64,000 nt of DNA from NCBI GenBank assembly GCA_963850305.1, contig CAWKKR010000005.1:96001-160000 (forward strand), in the 5' to 3' direction. The position numbers and the translations under genes are program-made. Shown piece after piece: positions 20,791 through 30,181 of this stretch (position 1 is the stretch's first letter; each line of letters opens with the position of its first letter). The notes beneath the pieces are model-generated. The model searched no databases and was not told where the DNA came from. It saw nothing but the letters and a program-made list of their open reading frames with translations. The stretch comes from an uncultured delta proteobacterium. Lineage in GTDB: Bacteria > Myxococcota_A > Polyangia > Polyangiales > Polyangiaceae.

Positions 20791-21140
20791 ACGCGCCCGA
20801 GACGATGCAATCCGCGGGCAAGTGAGAGCGCCCCTTCGGAATCGAGACCGCGAAGCAGGTGCCCCGCCCGACTTCGCTCGTCACTTCCACGGTGCCGCCG
20901 TGGAGCCGCACGAGCTCGTGCACGAGGGACAGGCCGATACCGCTGCCCTCGAAGCTTCGTCCGCTCGCTCCTTCGACACGATGAAAACGTTCGAAGATTC
21001 TCGGCAGTTCTTGCGCCGGGATGCCGGTACCCGTGTCGCGAACCGAAAGGACGACACGGTCGCCCGAAGATTCTCATGGTCAGGCTCACCTCGCCCTCGA
21101 ACGTGAACTTGAACGCGTTCGAGACGAGGTTCCAAACCCG
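20790..21140 (-). pseudogene. histidine kinase HATPase_c fragment
   Basis: NLVSNAFKFT, DTGTGIP, IFERFHRV, GSGIGLSLVHELVRLHGG, with one internal frame change; no HisKA or sensor domain. Confidence 0.8.
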
Positions 21141-21225
21141 TCCCCGCCTTCACTCCGCCGCTCCCCGCTGTCCACGACGGCCCGAGCCGTCAGGGACGGG
21201 TAATTTCGTAATATCGTGAGCAGTG

Positions 21226-22167
21226 CTAAGCGTGGGAAAGCGCCGCGCGATCCCACCCGGCGAGGTCCGCCGCGGCGTCGTACGTGGTCTCGAGGAATTC
21301 GAGGAGGACGCCGTCGGGGTCCGGCGCCGTGCGTACGGCCTCGTACGGCAGCACGAACTCCCGCAGGACCGGGTGATAGAACGCGCTGCGCGGACCGACG
21401 TTCGCCGAGAAGAGCCCCGACGGCTCGGGATACGCGTAGGCGTAGAACGAGGCTTCGCGAACCGGGCCACCACCCGGCCAGAACCCTGCACTGATGCACT
21501 CGTGCGAATAGGCCTCTTCCTGGACGAAGTCGGGGCAGTTCGGGACGCCGCCCGGGTGCTTCGGCGCGGTTCGACCCGAGAAGCGCGTACAGGCGAGATC
21601 GAACGCGCCCCACCAGAACTGGACCGGGCTGCATTTGCCCAAGAATCGCCCGCGGAATGCCTTCATCACGCGATCGGCCTGCACCGTGGCGCGAAACCAA
21701 CGATGCACGGCCTCCGAGTCGTAGGAAGCGTGCGTGTGATCTTGCGTGAACGGGATCGCGTCGTTCAGTTCCCGCGGGACGGGCCAGATCTTCGGTTCGA
21801 TGTCCAGCGACCGCAGCAGCGCCACGTACTCCCGGTAAAACGAGGCTACCGGTTCGGCGGTGAGCACCATCGATCCCTCTTCGCCGCGGCTCGTCCGGAC
21901 GATCAGGAGATGATGGTCGAAATCGAATTCCACCTCGAACGTGTGCGTCCCGTAAGGGATCGACGAGGTCGTCAATCCGAGTGGCGTCACGTAGAGCGTC
22001 ACGTGCCACCAGTGGTTCACCATCGGCGAGTGCATGAGCCGCGTCTTGCCCACCATCTGCGTCCAGCGGTGGACCGTTTCATACGTGTCCTCCCAGCCGT
22101 CGACGAGGGGCAGCGCCGGCCACGGTTCCGAGCCCGGAGTTCGTTCCAGTTGCGTCGCGGTGTTCAT
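21226..22167 (-). CDS. DUF5996-family protein
   Basis: NHWWHVTLYVTPLGLTT, FLGKCSPVQFWWGAFDLACTRFSGR, EAYSHECISAGFWPG. Confidence 0.85.
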   Translation of the reverse strand: MNTATQLERTPGSEPWPALPLVDGWEDTYETVHRWTQMVGKTRLMHSPMVNHWWHVTLYVTPLGLTTSSIPYGTHTFEVEFDFDHHLLIVRTSRGEEGSMVLTAEPVASFYREYVALLRSLDIEPKIWPVPRELNDAIPFTQDHTHASYDSEAVHRWFRATVQADRVMKAFRGRFLGKCSPVQFWWGAFDLACTRFSGRTAPKHPGGVPNCPDFVQEEAYSHECISAGFWPGGGPVREASFYAYAYPEPSGLFSANVGPRSAFYHPVLREFVLPYEAVRTAPDPDGVLLEFLETTYDAAADLAGWDRAALSHA

Positions 22168-22457
22168 CGAATATCGCCCGGCGCGCTCGGCGCCGGCTCC
22201 ATCAGGATTTCCTCCGGGTAGCACCATCCCCAGTCCTCCCCGGGTTCGAAGCTCCGCATCACGGGATGCTCGGTCTGGTGATAATGCCCGGTCGCATGCT
22301 TGCCTGGTGAGCTGTCACAGCAACCAACATGCCCGCACTCCAGACACAGCCGGAGGTGCACCCACCGGCCACCCGTCCTCAAGCACTCCTCGCAGCCGCG
22401 CGGCGTGCGAGGCGCGATTTTGCGGACGTGATCGAGGTGAGCGCAGCGCGTTGGCAT
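22164..22457 (-). CDS. UBP-type zinc finger protein
   Basis: GCEECL...WVHLRLCLECGHVGCCDSSPGKHATGHY...SFEPGEDWGWCY. Confidence 0.88.
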   Translation of the reverse strand: MPTRCAHLDHVRKIAPRTPRGCEECLRTGGRWVHLRLCLECGHVGCCDSSPGKHATGHYHQTEHPVMRSFEPGEDWGWCYPEEILMEPAPSAPGDIR

Positions 22458-22583
22458 CTGGGGGAACCTGACTCGATCGTGGTAGTGCCGCCCCTCGAAT
22501 GTCGCAATCGAACGAGCCGCTTCCTGCCGTCGTCAATTGCGCGACTCCCGGTGCGAGATTCATCCTAGGCTTCGCGGCGCTCG

Positions 22584-23801
22584 ATGACGGCGATACTGAT
22601 CTTCGCGTTCACCTACGTTGCCCTCGCGTTGGGTCGCATCCCCGGTCTTCGCTCGGACCGCGTCGCGGCCGTCGTGATCGGAGCGGCGCTCATGATCGCG
22701 TTCGGCGTGCTCGCGTTCGGCGAAGCCGAGCGCGCGGTCGACGGCGCGACCATGGCCCTCCTCTTCGGGATGATGCTGATCTCGGCCGCTCTCGACGTCT
22801 CGGGCGCGTTCGAGACGCTCGGCTGGGTCGTCATGCGCCGAGCACGGAAGCCCATGACGCTGCTCGTCGCCGTATCCGCGGCGACGGCTCTCCTCTCCGC
22901 GGTGATGATCAACGACGTGGTGTGTCTCGCGTTCACGCCACTGCTGCTCCATGTCTGCGACGCACTCGAGTGCGAGCCCAGGCCGTACCTGATCGCGCTC
23001 GCGACATCGTCGAACATCGGCAGTGTCGCGACCATCACCGGGAATCCTCAGAACATCCTCATCGCGTCGCTGTCGCACATCACCTACGCGCACTTCGCCG
23101 CCGCGCTGTCGCCCGTCGCCATCATCGGGCTCGGAGTGAATATCGCCGTCATCTCGCTCGTCTATCGCGAAGACCTGTCGCGTCCCTTCACCGCGCGCGA
23201 CGCCGTTCCGCGACCCGTGACGAACCGCGCGGGCCTATGGAAAGGGGGCGTCGTCGGCGTCGCGGTGCTCCTCGCATTCCTCGCCGGCGCACCGCCGCCC
23301 ATCGCGGCGATTCTGGGCGGCTCGGCGATGCTGGTCACCCGCGCCACGGACCCGAAGCGCCTCTATGCACAGGTGGACTGGACACTCCTCGCTCTGTTCG
23401 CGGGGCTCTTCGTGGTCATTCGCGGGATCGAACACGCGGGACTCGCGGGCCACCTGCTCGGATTTCTGGCGGCGTTCCGGACCGACACGATCTGGGGCCT
23501 GTCCGTCGTCACCGCGATGCTGTCGAACCTCGTGAGCAATGTGCCGGCGGTCATGGTGCTGAAAGCGGGGATCCCTCACCTCCCGGATCCGCAAACCGCC
23601 TGGCTGACGCTCGCAATGGCGTCCACGCTCGCCGGCAACCTGACGCTCCCCGGATCGCTCGCCGCCATCATCGTCGTCGAACGCGCGAAGGAGCGGACCA
23701 CCATCTCGTTCCTCGACTTCATGCGCGTCGGCGTGCCCACGGCGGTCCTCACCGTTCTCCTCGGGGCCTCATGGCTAGCGCTCCGGCAAGTGCTGTTCTG
23801 A
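22584..23801 (+). CDS. ArsB/NhaD/CitMHS-type anion transporter
   Basis: SNIGSVATITGNPQN, SNLVSNVPAV, STLAGNLT; many TM helices. Confidence 0.88.
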   Translation: MTAILIFAFTYVALALGRIPGLRSDRVAAVVIGAALMIAFGVLAFGEAERAVDGATMALLFGMMLISAALDVSGAFETLGWVVMRRARKPMTLLVAVSAATALLSAVMINDVVCLAFTPLLLHVCDALECEPRPYLIALATSSNIGSVATITGNPQNILIASLSHITYAHFAAALSPVAIIGLGVNIAVISLVYREDLSRPFTARDAVPRPVTNRAGLWKGGVVGVAVLLAFLAGAPPPIAAILGGSAMLVTRATDPKRLYAQVDWTLLALFAGLFVVIRGIEHAGLAGHLLGFLAAFRTDTIWGLSVVTAMLSNLVSNVPAVMVLKAGIPHLPDPQTAWLTLAMASTLAGNLTLPGSLAAIIVVERAKERTTISFLDFMRVGVPTAVLTVLLGASWLALRQVLF

Positions 23802-24042
23802 TCGAGTTCTCTGGGGGGCGTTCCTGCTGTTCCTGCCCCCCGAGCTTCGCGGCTGCTCCCCCCGGTATGCCGCGAGCGTTGCCGCGTCCATCGCTTCGAA
23901 GAAAACAGGGTCGCGCAGAAGCCTACGGAGCTCGCTCCGAGAGCAGGATTCGAGGAAGTCGACAAGTTCGCCTTGGGTGCGAGCGATCACGGAGACACGC
24001 TCGCTCTCGGCACGCTGACGTCCCTCGTCTCCTGCGCGTAGC

Positions 24043-24852
24043 TCATTGGGCTTGAACGGGCGCAGCGTCGGGCGCTTCGTTCTCCCACGAATAGCCCACG
24101 ATGAACTTTGCGACGAAGGGGTCGCTCGCGCTCGTGAGCCCCTCGCCGATCCCCGCGTTCAGCTCGACGCGGGGGATCGCGAGCACGTCCACCGCTTCGT
24201 AGACGTACTGGGCTTCGCGAGCCCAGGGCAAAGGTGACGAGATTGGCCCGAACGACGAGTAGTACTCGATGCCGACCGCCACCTTGCCCACGATCTTGAC
24301 CTTCGCCATCCCCGCGGGCTCGAACGATGGACCTTGGGTCGCGCCGGGCGCGGCGAGTGGCACGTCGGCGATTGGGTTGATCGCGAAGAGCCAGTGTTCA
24401 TCTTCCCACGCCGCGATCGGCCGAATCTCGCCGCCCCAGCGGTTTCGGTCGTAATGCTGCGGCAGTAACGACACCTCCAAGTTGAGCCCGAGGCGAAGGT
24501 GCTCGCGCCAGCCCGCGGGTGTCACGAATTTCGCTCTGAGCTTCGTGCCCGCGTACTCGAACGTGCCGTCGCCGAGGAGTGCCGTTTGGAGATACCCGCC
24601 GAGCTCGAGAAAGCGGGTCACGCCGATCGACGGCTCGAGCGTGAAGTGAGTCTGATGCTCCATCGGGAGCTCGGGAGGGTCCGCGGTCTTCACGCCACCG
24701 AAGGCGTGGTTCAGGTGGAGCTCGAGCCCTGGGGTGCCGGGTTCGTCCGCCGTCGCGTCGTAGACCTGGATCTCGAACGGATCGATGGCTGACGCCTCGC
24801 GCGACGAAAGCGCGCAGGCCACGACGAGGAGCACGATGCGAAGCGGGCGCAT
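24043..24852 (-). CDS. secreted or outer-membrane hypothetical protein
   Basis: Signal peptide, then FEIQVYD...LELHLN and beta-strand-rich body ending in VGYSW. Confidence 0.7.
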   Translation of the reverse strand: MRPLRIVLLVVACALSSREASAIDPFEIQVYDATADEPGTPGLELHLNHAFGGVKTADPPELPMEHQTHFTLEPSIGVTRFLELGGYLQTALLGDGTFEYAGTKLRAKFVTPAGWREHLRLGLNLEVSLLPQHYDRNRWGGEIRPIAAWEDEHWLFAINPIADVPLAAPGATQGPSFEPAGMAKVKIVGKVAVGIEYYSSFGPISSPLPWAREAQYVYEAVDVLAIPRVELNAGIGEGLTSASDPFVAKFIVGYSWENEAPDAAPVQAQ

Positions 24853-24877
24853 GCCGTCCGGAGACATTGTGCACCCA

Positions 24878-25207
24878 ATGGCGCACGTCCGACGCGAAGC
24901 CCGACTTGCGAACCGCAACGTCTCTCGCGGTCGGCGTGAAGGTTCGGGCCGCGACTCCGGAGGTCTTTACGCCAGGACGCTCACCTGCACGCACCAGGGA
25001 TGCGAGGTCGAGCCCGTCGGCACCGGCGATGCGGCGATGCTCGTCTGTCCGTGCCACGGAAGCCAGTTCGATCGTAACGGAGCGGTGATCCACGGCCCCG
25101 CCAGATCGCCCCTCACGCACTTCACCGTCGCCGTCGCCGCGGGCGGCAACATCACCATCGACGGAAACTCCGAGGTCTCGCCGAGCACGCGGACACCCGT
25201 GGTCTGA
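24878..25207 (+). CDS. Rieske 2Fe-2S domain protein (N-terminus uncertain or degraded)
   Basis: CTHQGC and CPCHGSQFD...GPA. Confidence 0.75.
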   Translation: MAHVRREARLANRNVSRGRREGSGRDSGGLYARTLTCTHQGCEVEPVGTGDAAMLVCPCHGSQFDRNGAVIHGPARSPLTHFTVAVAAGGNITIDGNSEVSPSTRTPVV

Positions 25208-25728
25208 ACGCGGGGACGGCGAGACCGTCCGAGCTCGAGCCGCTGAGAGCCCTCGCTGGCGTCCAACTCTATGGCCGTGCGGCGATGCTGACCTGAGTGC
25301 TGCCCTCTGCCCCGCTGATTTCGCCGGTGTACGACGACGCGCCCCAGACGTTCACGGAGACCCAGTGTCCCGGCACTACGATCGCCGTGTAAAACTGGAT
25401 CCACCCACAATCGACGCCGCTGCCGCACGCGAGCGGGATGCCGAGGAAGGTCCGCTCGACGGCGGCGGGGCGGCGTCTGGACCTGGCCATCCGACCGAGC
25501 ATCACAGCAACGCGGTGCTCTCGAAGACCGCGCCGCTGGCGAGCCATCGGCAAAAGGTGTCGGCGGCGTCGGGCTCATCGAGCGACGCGTGGTGCCGCAC
25601 GTCGGGCCATGGCTCTTCGATGCCGTGTCGCAGCCGGCTTGACTCGACCGAACGACGGTGAGACGGTCGTTCTCGCCGACCCGCGAGGACAGGGTAATTG
25701 GGCTTGGCGCGAGCCGAAGGAAGTCAGG

Positions 25729-26883
25729 ATGCAAGTCTCGAAGTACCTTCTCGTCTCTCTGGCGGCATGGCTCGCGGCGTGCTCGAGCTCGCCGAATGCA
25801 TCGACCGGAGGTGCGCTCGACGGAGGCCCGAACGCGTCCGGCGGGGGATCGACCGGTTCGGGGGCGAGCGGAAGCGGCGGAGCCACGAGCGCCGGGCCGA
25901 CGATGGGCGGCTTCTGCAAGGTCGACTCGGATTGTCCGAGCGGCGAACTGTGCCTTTCTCCCGGCCTCGGGGTGGGCACGGACAAGTACTGCGCTCCCCC
26001 GTGCGCGCAGCAAGGTGACTGCGTCGCTTTCGCGCAGACATCGTTCAACATTCAGGTCCCGGACACCGTCACGCCCCAGGGCGGCTCGCCGACACCCACC
26101 GTCTTCCAGTCGACCACGCTCGCCCGCGGCTATGCGTGCGCTCCCGTCAGTGGGCAGACGTCGAATTACTGCCAGTTCGCGTGCTCGGCGACGGAGGCGC
26201 TCTCTACCGACAATCATTGCTATTGCCTGCCCGGCTACGAGATCAACGCGACGAAGACCGATTGCGTGTTCGCAGCGGACATCCAGTGCTCCATCCTGAG
26301 CTCCCTTGCTCCGGACCAGCAGGCGGCCCTGAAGGCGAGCTACGGCATTCAGGTGGCGAGCCCGACGTGCGACGCGTGCGACAGCGACATGTCGTTCGCC
26401 AATACGTTGAAGTGCCACACCGGGCTGTTCGGCTGCGAGATCAACGACATCGGCTTGAAGGGTCGCTGCGCGGAGTTCCTCACCGACGACGCGTTCAACG
26501 CCTGCCTCGCGAGCGCTACGAACTTTACCTGCCAGGACACGTGCGGCAGCTCGTGCGACGTCGGGGACGTCACTTGCCTCAGCAACTGCTACACGTGCAC
26601 GGCCGCACCGAGCTCGCCGGCACCGACGTGTACCACCGGCAATGGCGGCGCAGGCTCGGGCGGTTTCGGAGGCACCAACGGCGCGGGCGGCAGTGGTGGC
26701 GGGACTGGTTTGGGCGGCAGCGGCGGCTCCGTTCGCCCCGACGCTGGCTCCGGCTCGGGCGGCGCGGGCGGAGGCGTCGGTGCCGGCGGTGGTATCGCCT
26801 CTGGCGGACACACTGGCTCGGGCGGCTCCGGCGGAACCTTCGGTTCGGGCGGGTCAGGTGGAAACTTCGGCGCTGGGGGATGA
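25729..26883 (+). CDS. Cys-rich lipoprotein with Gly-rich linkers
   Basis: Lipobox LAAC; many paired Cys; Gly/Ser-rich tracts at both ends. Confidence 0.75.
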   Translation: MQVSKYLLVSLAAWLAACSSSPNASTGGALDGGPNASGGGSTGSGASGSGGATSAGPTMGGFCKVDSDCPSGELCLSPGLGVGTDKYCAPPCAQQGDCVAFAQTSFNIQVPDTVTPQGGSPTPTVFQSTTLARGYACAPVSGQTSNYCQFACSATEALSTDNHCYCLPGYEINATKTDCVFAADIQCSILSSLAPDQQAALKASYGIQVASPTCDACDSDMSFANTLKCHTGLFGCEINDIGLKGRCAEFLTDDAFNACLASATNFTCQDTCGSSCDVGDVTCLSNCYTCTAAPSSPAPTCTTGNGGAGSGGFGGTNGAGGSGGGTGLGGSGGSVRPDAGSGSGGAGGGVGAGGGIASGGHTGSGGSGGTFGSGGSGGNFGAGG

Positions 26884-26929
26884 AGCGATTGCGGAACTGC
26901 GCCCATGAGGCTCGTTTCGCGAAGGCGGC

Positions 26930-27230
26930 TCCGCGCAGTTTCGAAATCGAACCCGACGGCGCGCTTCTTCGCGCCATCGAGGCCGTACATCACGTTGATC
27001 GACAGACCGCTCTCGTAGAACACATAGGCGAAGCGGGTGCCGTCGACCTCGAAGGACGTGGCCTCCAGGGGCCGCGACGCGATGACGATGTCGCGCTCTT
27101 CCTCGAGGATGCGGTGCACGTACGCGACGATATCCTTCGCCTTGCTCGCCGGCTCCACTGTGAAGACGTGGTCATACTTGTTCTTGAAGTAGCGGGCTTC
27201 GTTGGCGCGCAACGAAGGCCCCACGTCGAA
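26930..27230 (-). pseudogene. internal fragment of a conserved hypothetical gene
   Basis: Protein-like segment PSLRANEARYFKNKYDHVF...YVFYESGLSINVMY...KRAVGF with no start of its own; its 5' side abuts a repeat element. Confidence 0.55.
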
Positions 27231-27360
27231 GGGGGGCCTTGCCCCCGCGGCTTGCTTCGCAACCGCTCCCCCCGGCGCCTTCGGCGGGCTCGCTCCGCTC
27301 GCGTAGTTCCGCACCTCTTTGATCCCTCGGGGACGACGTGCATCGTCGATGCGGAACTAC
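27231..27360 (-). repeat. GTAG-hairpin repeat element, copy 1 (head plus 1 unit)
   Basis: Head GTAGTTCCGCA...TGCGGAACTAC at 27303-27360; one unit at 27231-27302. Confidence 0.9.
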
Positions 27361-27387
27361 TGATGCCGACTCAAGGAGCCGACCAGA

Positions 27388-27864
27388 ATGAAAGCGAAGA
27401 ACACAATCTGCCTCTGGTTCGACAAGGACGCGGAAGCCGCGGCGCGCTTTTACGCCGCTACCTTCCCGGACAGTGAAGTCACCGCCGTTCACAAGGCGCC
27501 GGGCGACTTTCCGGGCGGCAAGGCCGGCACCGTGCTGACGGTGGAGTTCACCGTCCTGGGAATTCCCTGTCTGGGTCTCAACGGCGGCCCGCAGTTCAAG
27601 CAGAGCGAGGCATTCTCGTTCCAGATCGCCACGGACAATCAGGAAGAGACGGACCGCTACTGGAACGCGATCGTCGGCAATGGCGGCGTGGAGAGTCAGT
27701 GCGGCTGGTGCAAGGACCGCTGGGGCCTTTCCTGGCAGATCACGCCGCGTGCGCTCACGGACGCCCTGGCCGCGGGTGGAGCCGACGCCAAGCGAGCCTT
27801 CTCGGCAATGATGTCGATGAAGAAGATCGACGTCGCCACCATCGAGGCAGCACGGCGCGGGTGA
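27388..27864 (+). CDS. VOC-family (PhnB-like) protein
   Basis: ICLWFDKDAEAAARFY, LNGGPQF, CGWCKDRWGLSWQI. Confidence 0.9.
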   Translation: MKAKNTICLWFDKDAEAAARFYAATFPDSEVTAVHKAPGDFPGGKAGTVLTVEFTVLGIPCLGLNGGPQFKQSEAFSFQIATDNQEETDRYWNAIVGNGGVESQCGWCKDRWGLSWQITPRALTDALAAGGADAKRAFSAMMSMKKIDVATIEAARRG

Positions 27865-27924
27865 CGAAGGCCCTTCCTTGCCGAACCGCGGAACGACCAA
27901 ACGCGAGCGCCGTCGCGGTGCCCG

Positions 27925-28045
27925 TTACAAACTCCACGGCGTCGTCGCCTGGAGCACGGCTTCGGTGAGCGCTTCGGTTCTCAGGTTCGTGAATGCCTGG
28001 TAATCGGGGTCCGCCACCATCCGTGAAAACGCCTTGCGCGTTGCA
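27925..28045 (-). pseudogene. short C-terminal gene remnant (DUF1330-like)
   Basis: TRKAFSRMVADPDYQAFTNLRTEALTEAVLQAT with no own start. Confidence 0.4.
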
Positions 28046-28046
28046 C

Positions 28047-28406
28047 TCAGATGCTCCGGCCGTCGAATTGCATCACCGTCAGCTCGTTCACGTCCACGCC
28101 GTCGAGACAGCGCGCGTTCACCGCGATCATCGGCTGCCCCGCCTTCTCCCCCCTCGCGAACGACTTGATGCCGCACTCTGTACAGAAGAGGTGGTGAATG
28201 TGCTTCTTGTTGAACTGGTAGTCTTTCAGCGTAGCCTCACCGGCTTTCAGTTCGAAGTCCGACGCGGGCACGAAAGCGAGAAGAGTGCCTGCTCTGCCGC
28301 ACATGGAGCAGTTGCAAGCGATGACCGGCTTCCTCAGATCCACCTTCACTTCGTAACGCACTTTGCCGCACTGGCAGCCGCCCGCGTAGGTCTTGAGGTC
28401 GCTCAT
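28047..28406 (-). CDS. GFA (glutathione-dependent formaldehyde-activating/CENP-V) family protein
   Basis: GGCQCGKVRY, CNCSMC, HLFCTECGI. Confidence 0.9.
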   Translation of the reverse strand: MSDLKTYAGGCQCGKVRYEVKVDLRKPVIACNCSMCGRAGTLLAFVPASDFELKAGEATLKDYQFNKKHIHHLFCTECGIKSFARGEKAGQPMIAVNARCLDGVDVNELTVMQFDGRSI

Positions 28407-28451
28407 CCCGGCTTTCTAAATCGGAAGCGACCGCGTGCCCAGCCCCGGACC

Positions 28452-29108
28452 TCACGGTCCCACCGTTCCCTTCACGACCGTGCTCGAAGGGAAATCGAAC
28501 TGTACCGAGCCGCACTTCGGGGGGCCGGTGTTGACGCACTGTTGCTGAAAGCCGCCATCGGGTCCCGTGAGATCCCCGGGCGTGGCGCACATCTTGGCCG
28601 TGTACGTGCCCGGTTTCGCAAAGACGGACTGAACGCACGTCGTTCCAGGGCCGCACGTCGAGGTCGTGTTGTAGCTCCCGTCCCAGTCGAGCGTTGCGCC
28701 GGTCACCCCGATGCCTCTGACCTGGCAAGCGTAACCGGGGCAGGGGGATGTCATGCAGGTCCCGCACGAGACCGAGGAGCAGCTCGAGACGATGCTGAAG
28801 AGCGAATGCCCCGAAGAGTCCTCGACGTCGATCGACGGTCCTTGGCCGCACGTGGACGTCATGCAGTACGGGCCACCGACCGCCGTGAACTCGATGGACG
28901 CCTTCCCGGGCGAGGTCCCGCCCCCGCTTCCTCCAGCTCCACCCGTGCTGCTACCTCCGGCTCCGAGAGAGCCGCCTGTTCCGAGAGAACCTCCCGAGCC
29001 CGTCTCCCCGCTGTCTGAGGTGCTGCCGCCGCAGCCGACGACCAGCATCATCACCGTGCTAACCCCGACCACGAAGCTGTAAGGCGGAGGCTTGGTGGCA
29101 AAGATCAT
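28452..29108 (-). CDS. Cys-rich lipoprotein
   Basis: Lipobox VVGC, Gly-rich linker, Cys-rich domain. Confidence 0.7.
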   Translation of the reverse strand: MIFATKPPPYSFVVGVSTVMMLVVGCGGSTSDSGETGSGGSLGTGGSLGAGGSSTGGAGGSGGGTSPGKASIEFTAVGGPYCMTSTCGQGPSIDVEDSSGHSLFSIVSSCSSVSCGTCMTSPCPGYACQVRGIGVTGATLDWDGSYNTTSTCGPGTTCVQSVFAKPGTYTAKMCATPGDLTGPDGGFQQQCVNTGPPKCGSVQFDFPSSTVVKGTVGP

Positions 29109-29247
29109 AGTCCGAAACGCTAGCCTGGCGGCATCCGGCGCACGAAGCAAATCCGCATTGCCTTGATGCTTCTCCTGGCATTTCCCTGTCCGACGGCGAC
29201 GCTCATCGGTGCCGCCGGCCCCGACGGTGCTAGGCTTCCTTGGTCGC

Positions 29248-29985
29248 ATGGCACACACGGAGCGTTCACGGGGGATGGTCGTCGTGGTCCTCACGGCGGT
29301 GGCCTTCATCACCGGATGCGGTGGCCAGACGACTGGCAGCACCAAGTCCAACGTCGTCGGCGGCGCGGGATCGGGTGCGACAACCGCGGACGCTTCCAGC
29401 AGAGGAGGCGCGGGCGGTCTCGAAGCGGGGAGCATCGACGGATCGGCGACGGGTGGAGCCAGCGTCACGAACTGCGACTGTTTCGCCGGACCCTGTGCTC
29501 CCGGTACCCATTCGGTGCAGGTACCCGATCAGTGCTGTCCGTCGTGCCAGCCCTGCGGCGCGGTAAACTGCCCGAACATGCCGGCGTGTGGTCCCGGCGA
29601 GCAACCGATCACGTCACCCGGACAGTGCTGCCCCACGGCGTGTGGCCCGACGCATGACGGAGGAGCAGGAGGCGTCGGGTCAGGTGGAGCCACGGGCACC
29701 CTGACCGGATGCGACGCAGCGGCGAGCTATACGCCGGACAAGACATGCGCCTCTGATGCCGACTGCGTGATCGCAGATAGTGGTGACTGCTGCGGCACGA
29801 CCGAGGTGGGGGTCCGCAAGGGCACCGAGGCCGCCTTCGTAGCTGCCAACCAGCAGGCACTTTCCTGCATTCCGGGCTGCGGCCTCCGTGGCTGTTTTCA
29901 CGCCGACGTGGATGAAGAGGGGAAGACGGGGTCGTCATTCATCGCGACGTGCGACACGGGTGCTTGCCGAAGCCACGCACAGTGA
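29248..29985 (+). CDS. Cys-rich lipoprotein
   Basis: Lipobox ITGC; repeated QCCPxC motifs. Confidence 0.7.
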   Translation: MAHTERSRGMVVVVLTAVAFITGCGGQTTGSTKSNVVGGAGSGATTADASSRGGAGGLEAGSIDGSATGGASVTNCDCFAGPCAPGTHSVQVPDQCCPSCQPCGAVNCPNMPACGPGEQPITSPGQCCPTACGPTHDGGAGGVGSGGATGTLTGCDAAASYTPDKTCASDADCVIADSGDCCGTTEVGVRKGTEAAFVAANQQALSCIPGCGLRGCFHADVDEEGKTGSSFIATCDTGACRSHAQ

Positions 29986-30181
29986 ACGTTCCCGCAGTTC
30001 CGGCGCCGACTTCACCAGGCACATCAGATCCGCGGGCACGGCCTTCGCCGAGGATCGTTTGAGGCTCGAGCTCGAGACGGAGCCACCTTGCGCCGAATCG
30101 TCCGCCCCGTAAACACTTCGGAAACAGCGGCGTCACCGGGGGCGCCCAACCATCGGATGTCCGGGCGCTGTCGGAGCGGTC

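Noticed and set aside
25269..25553. 94-aa ORF with protein-like stretch CGWIQFYTAIVVPGHW
   Set aside because: No recognisable family or convincing start; possibly a remnant but unsupported
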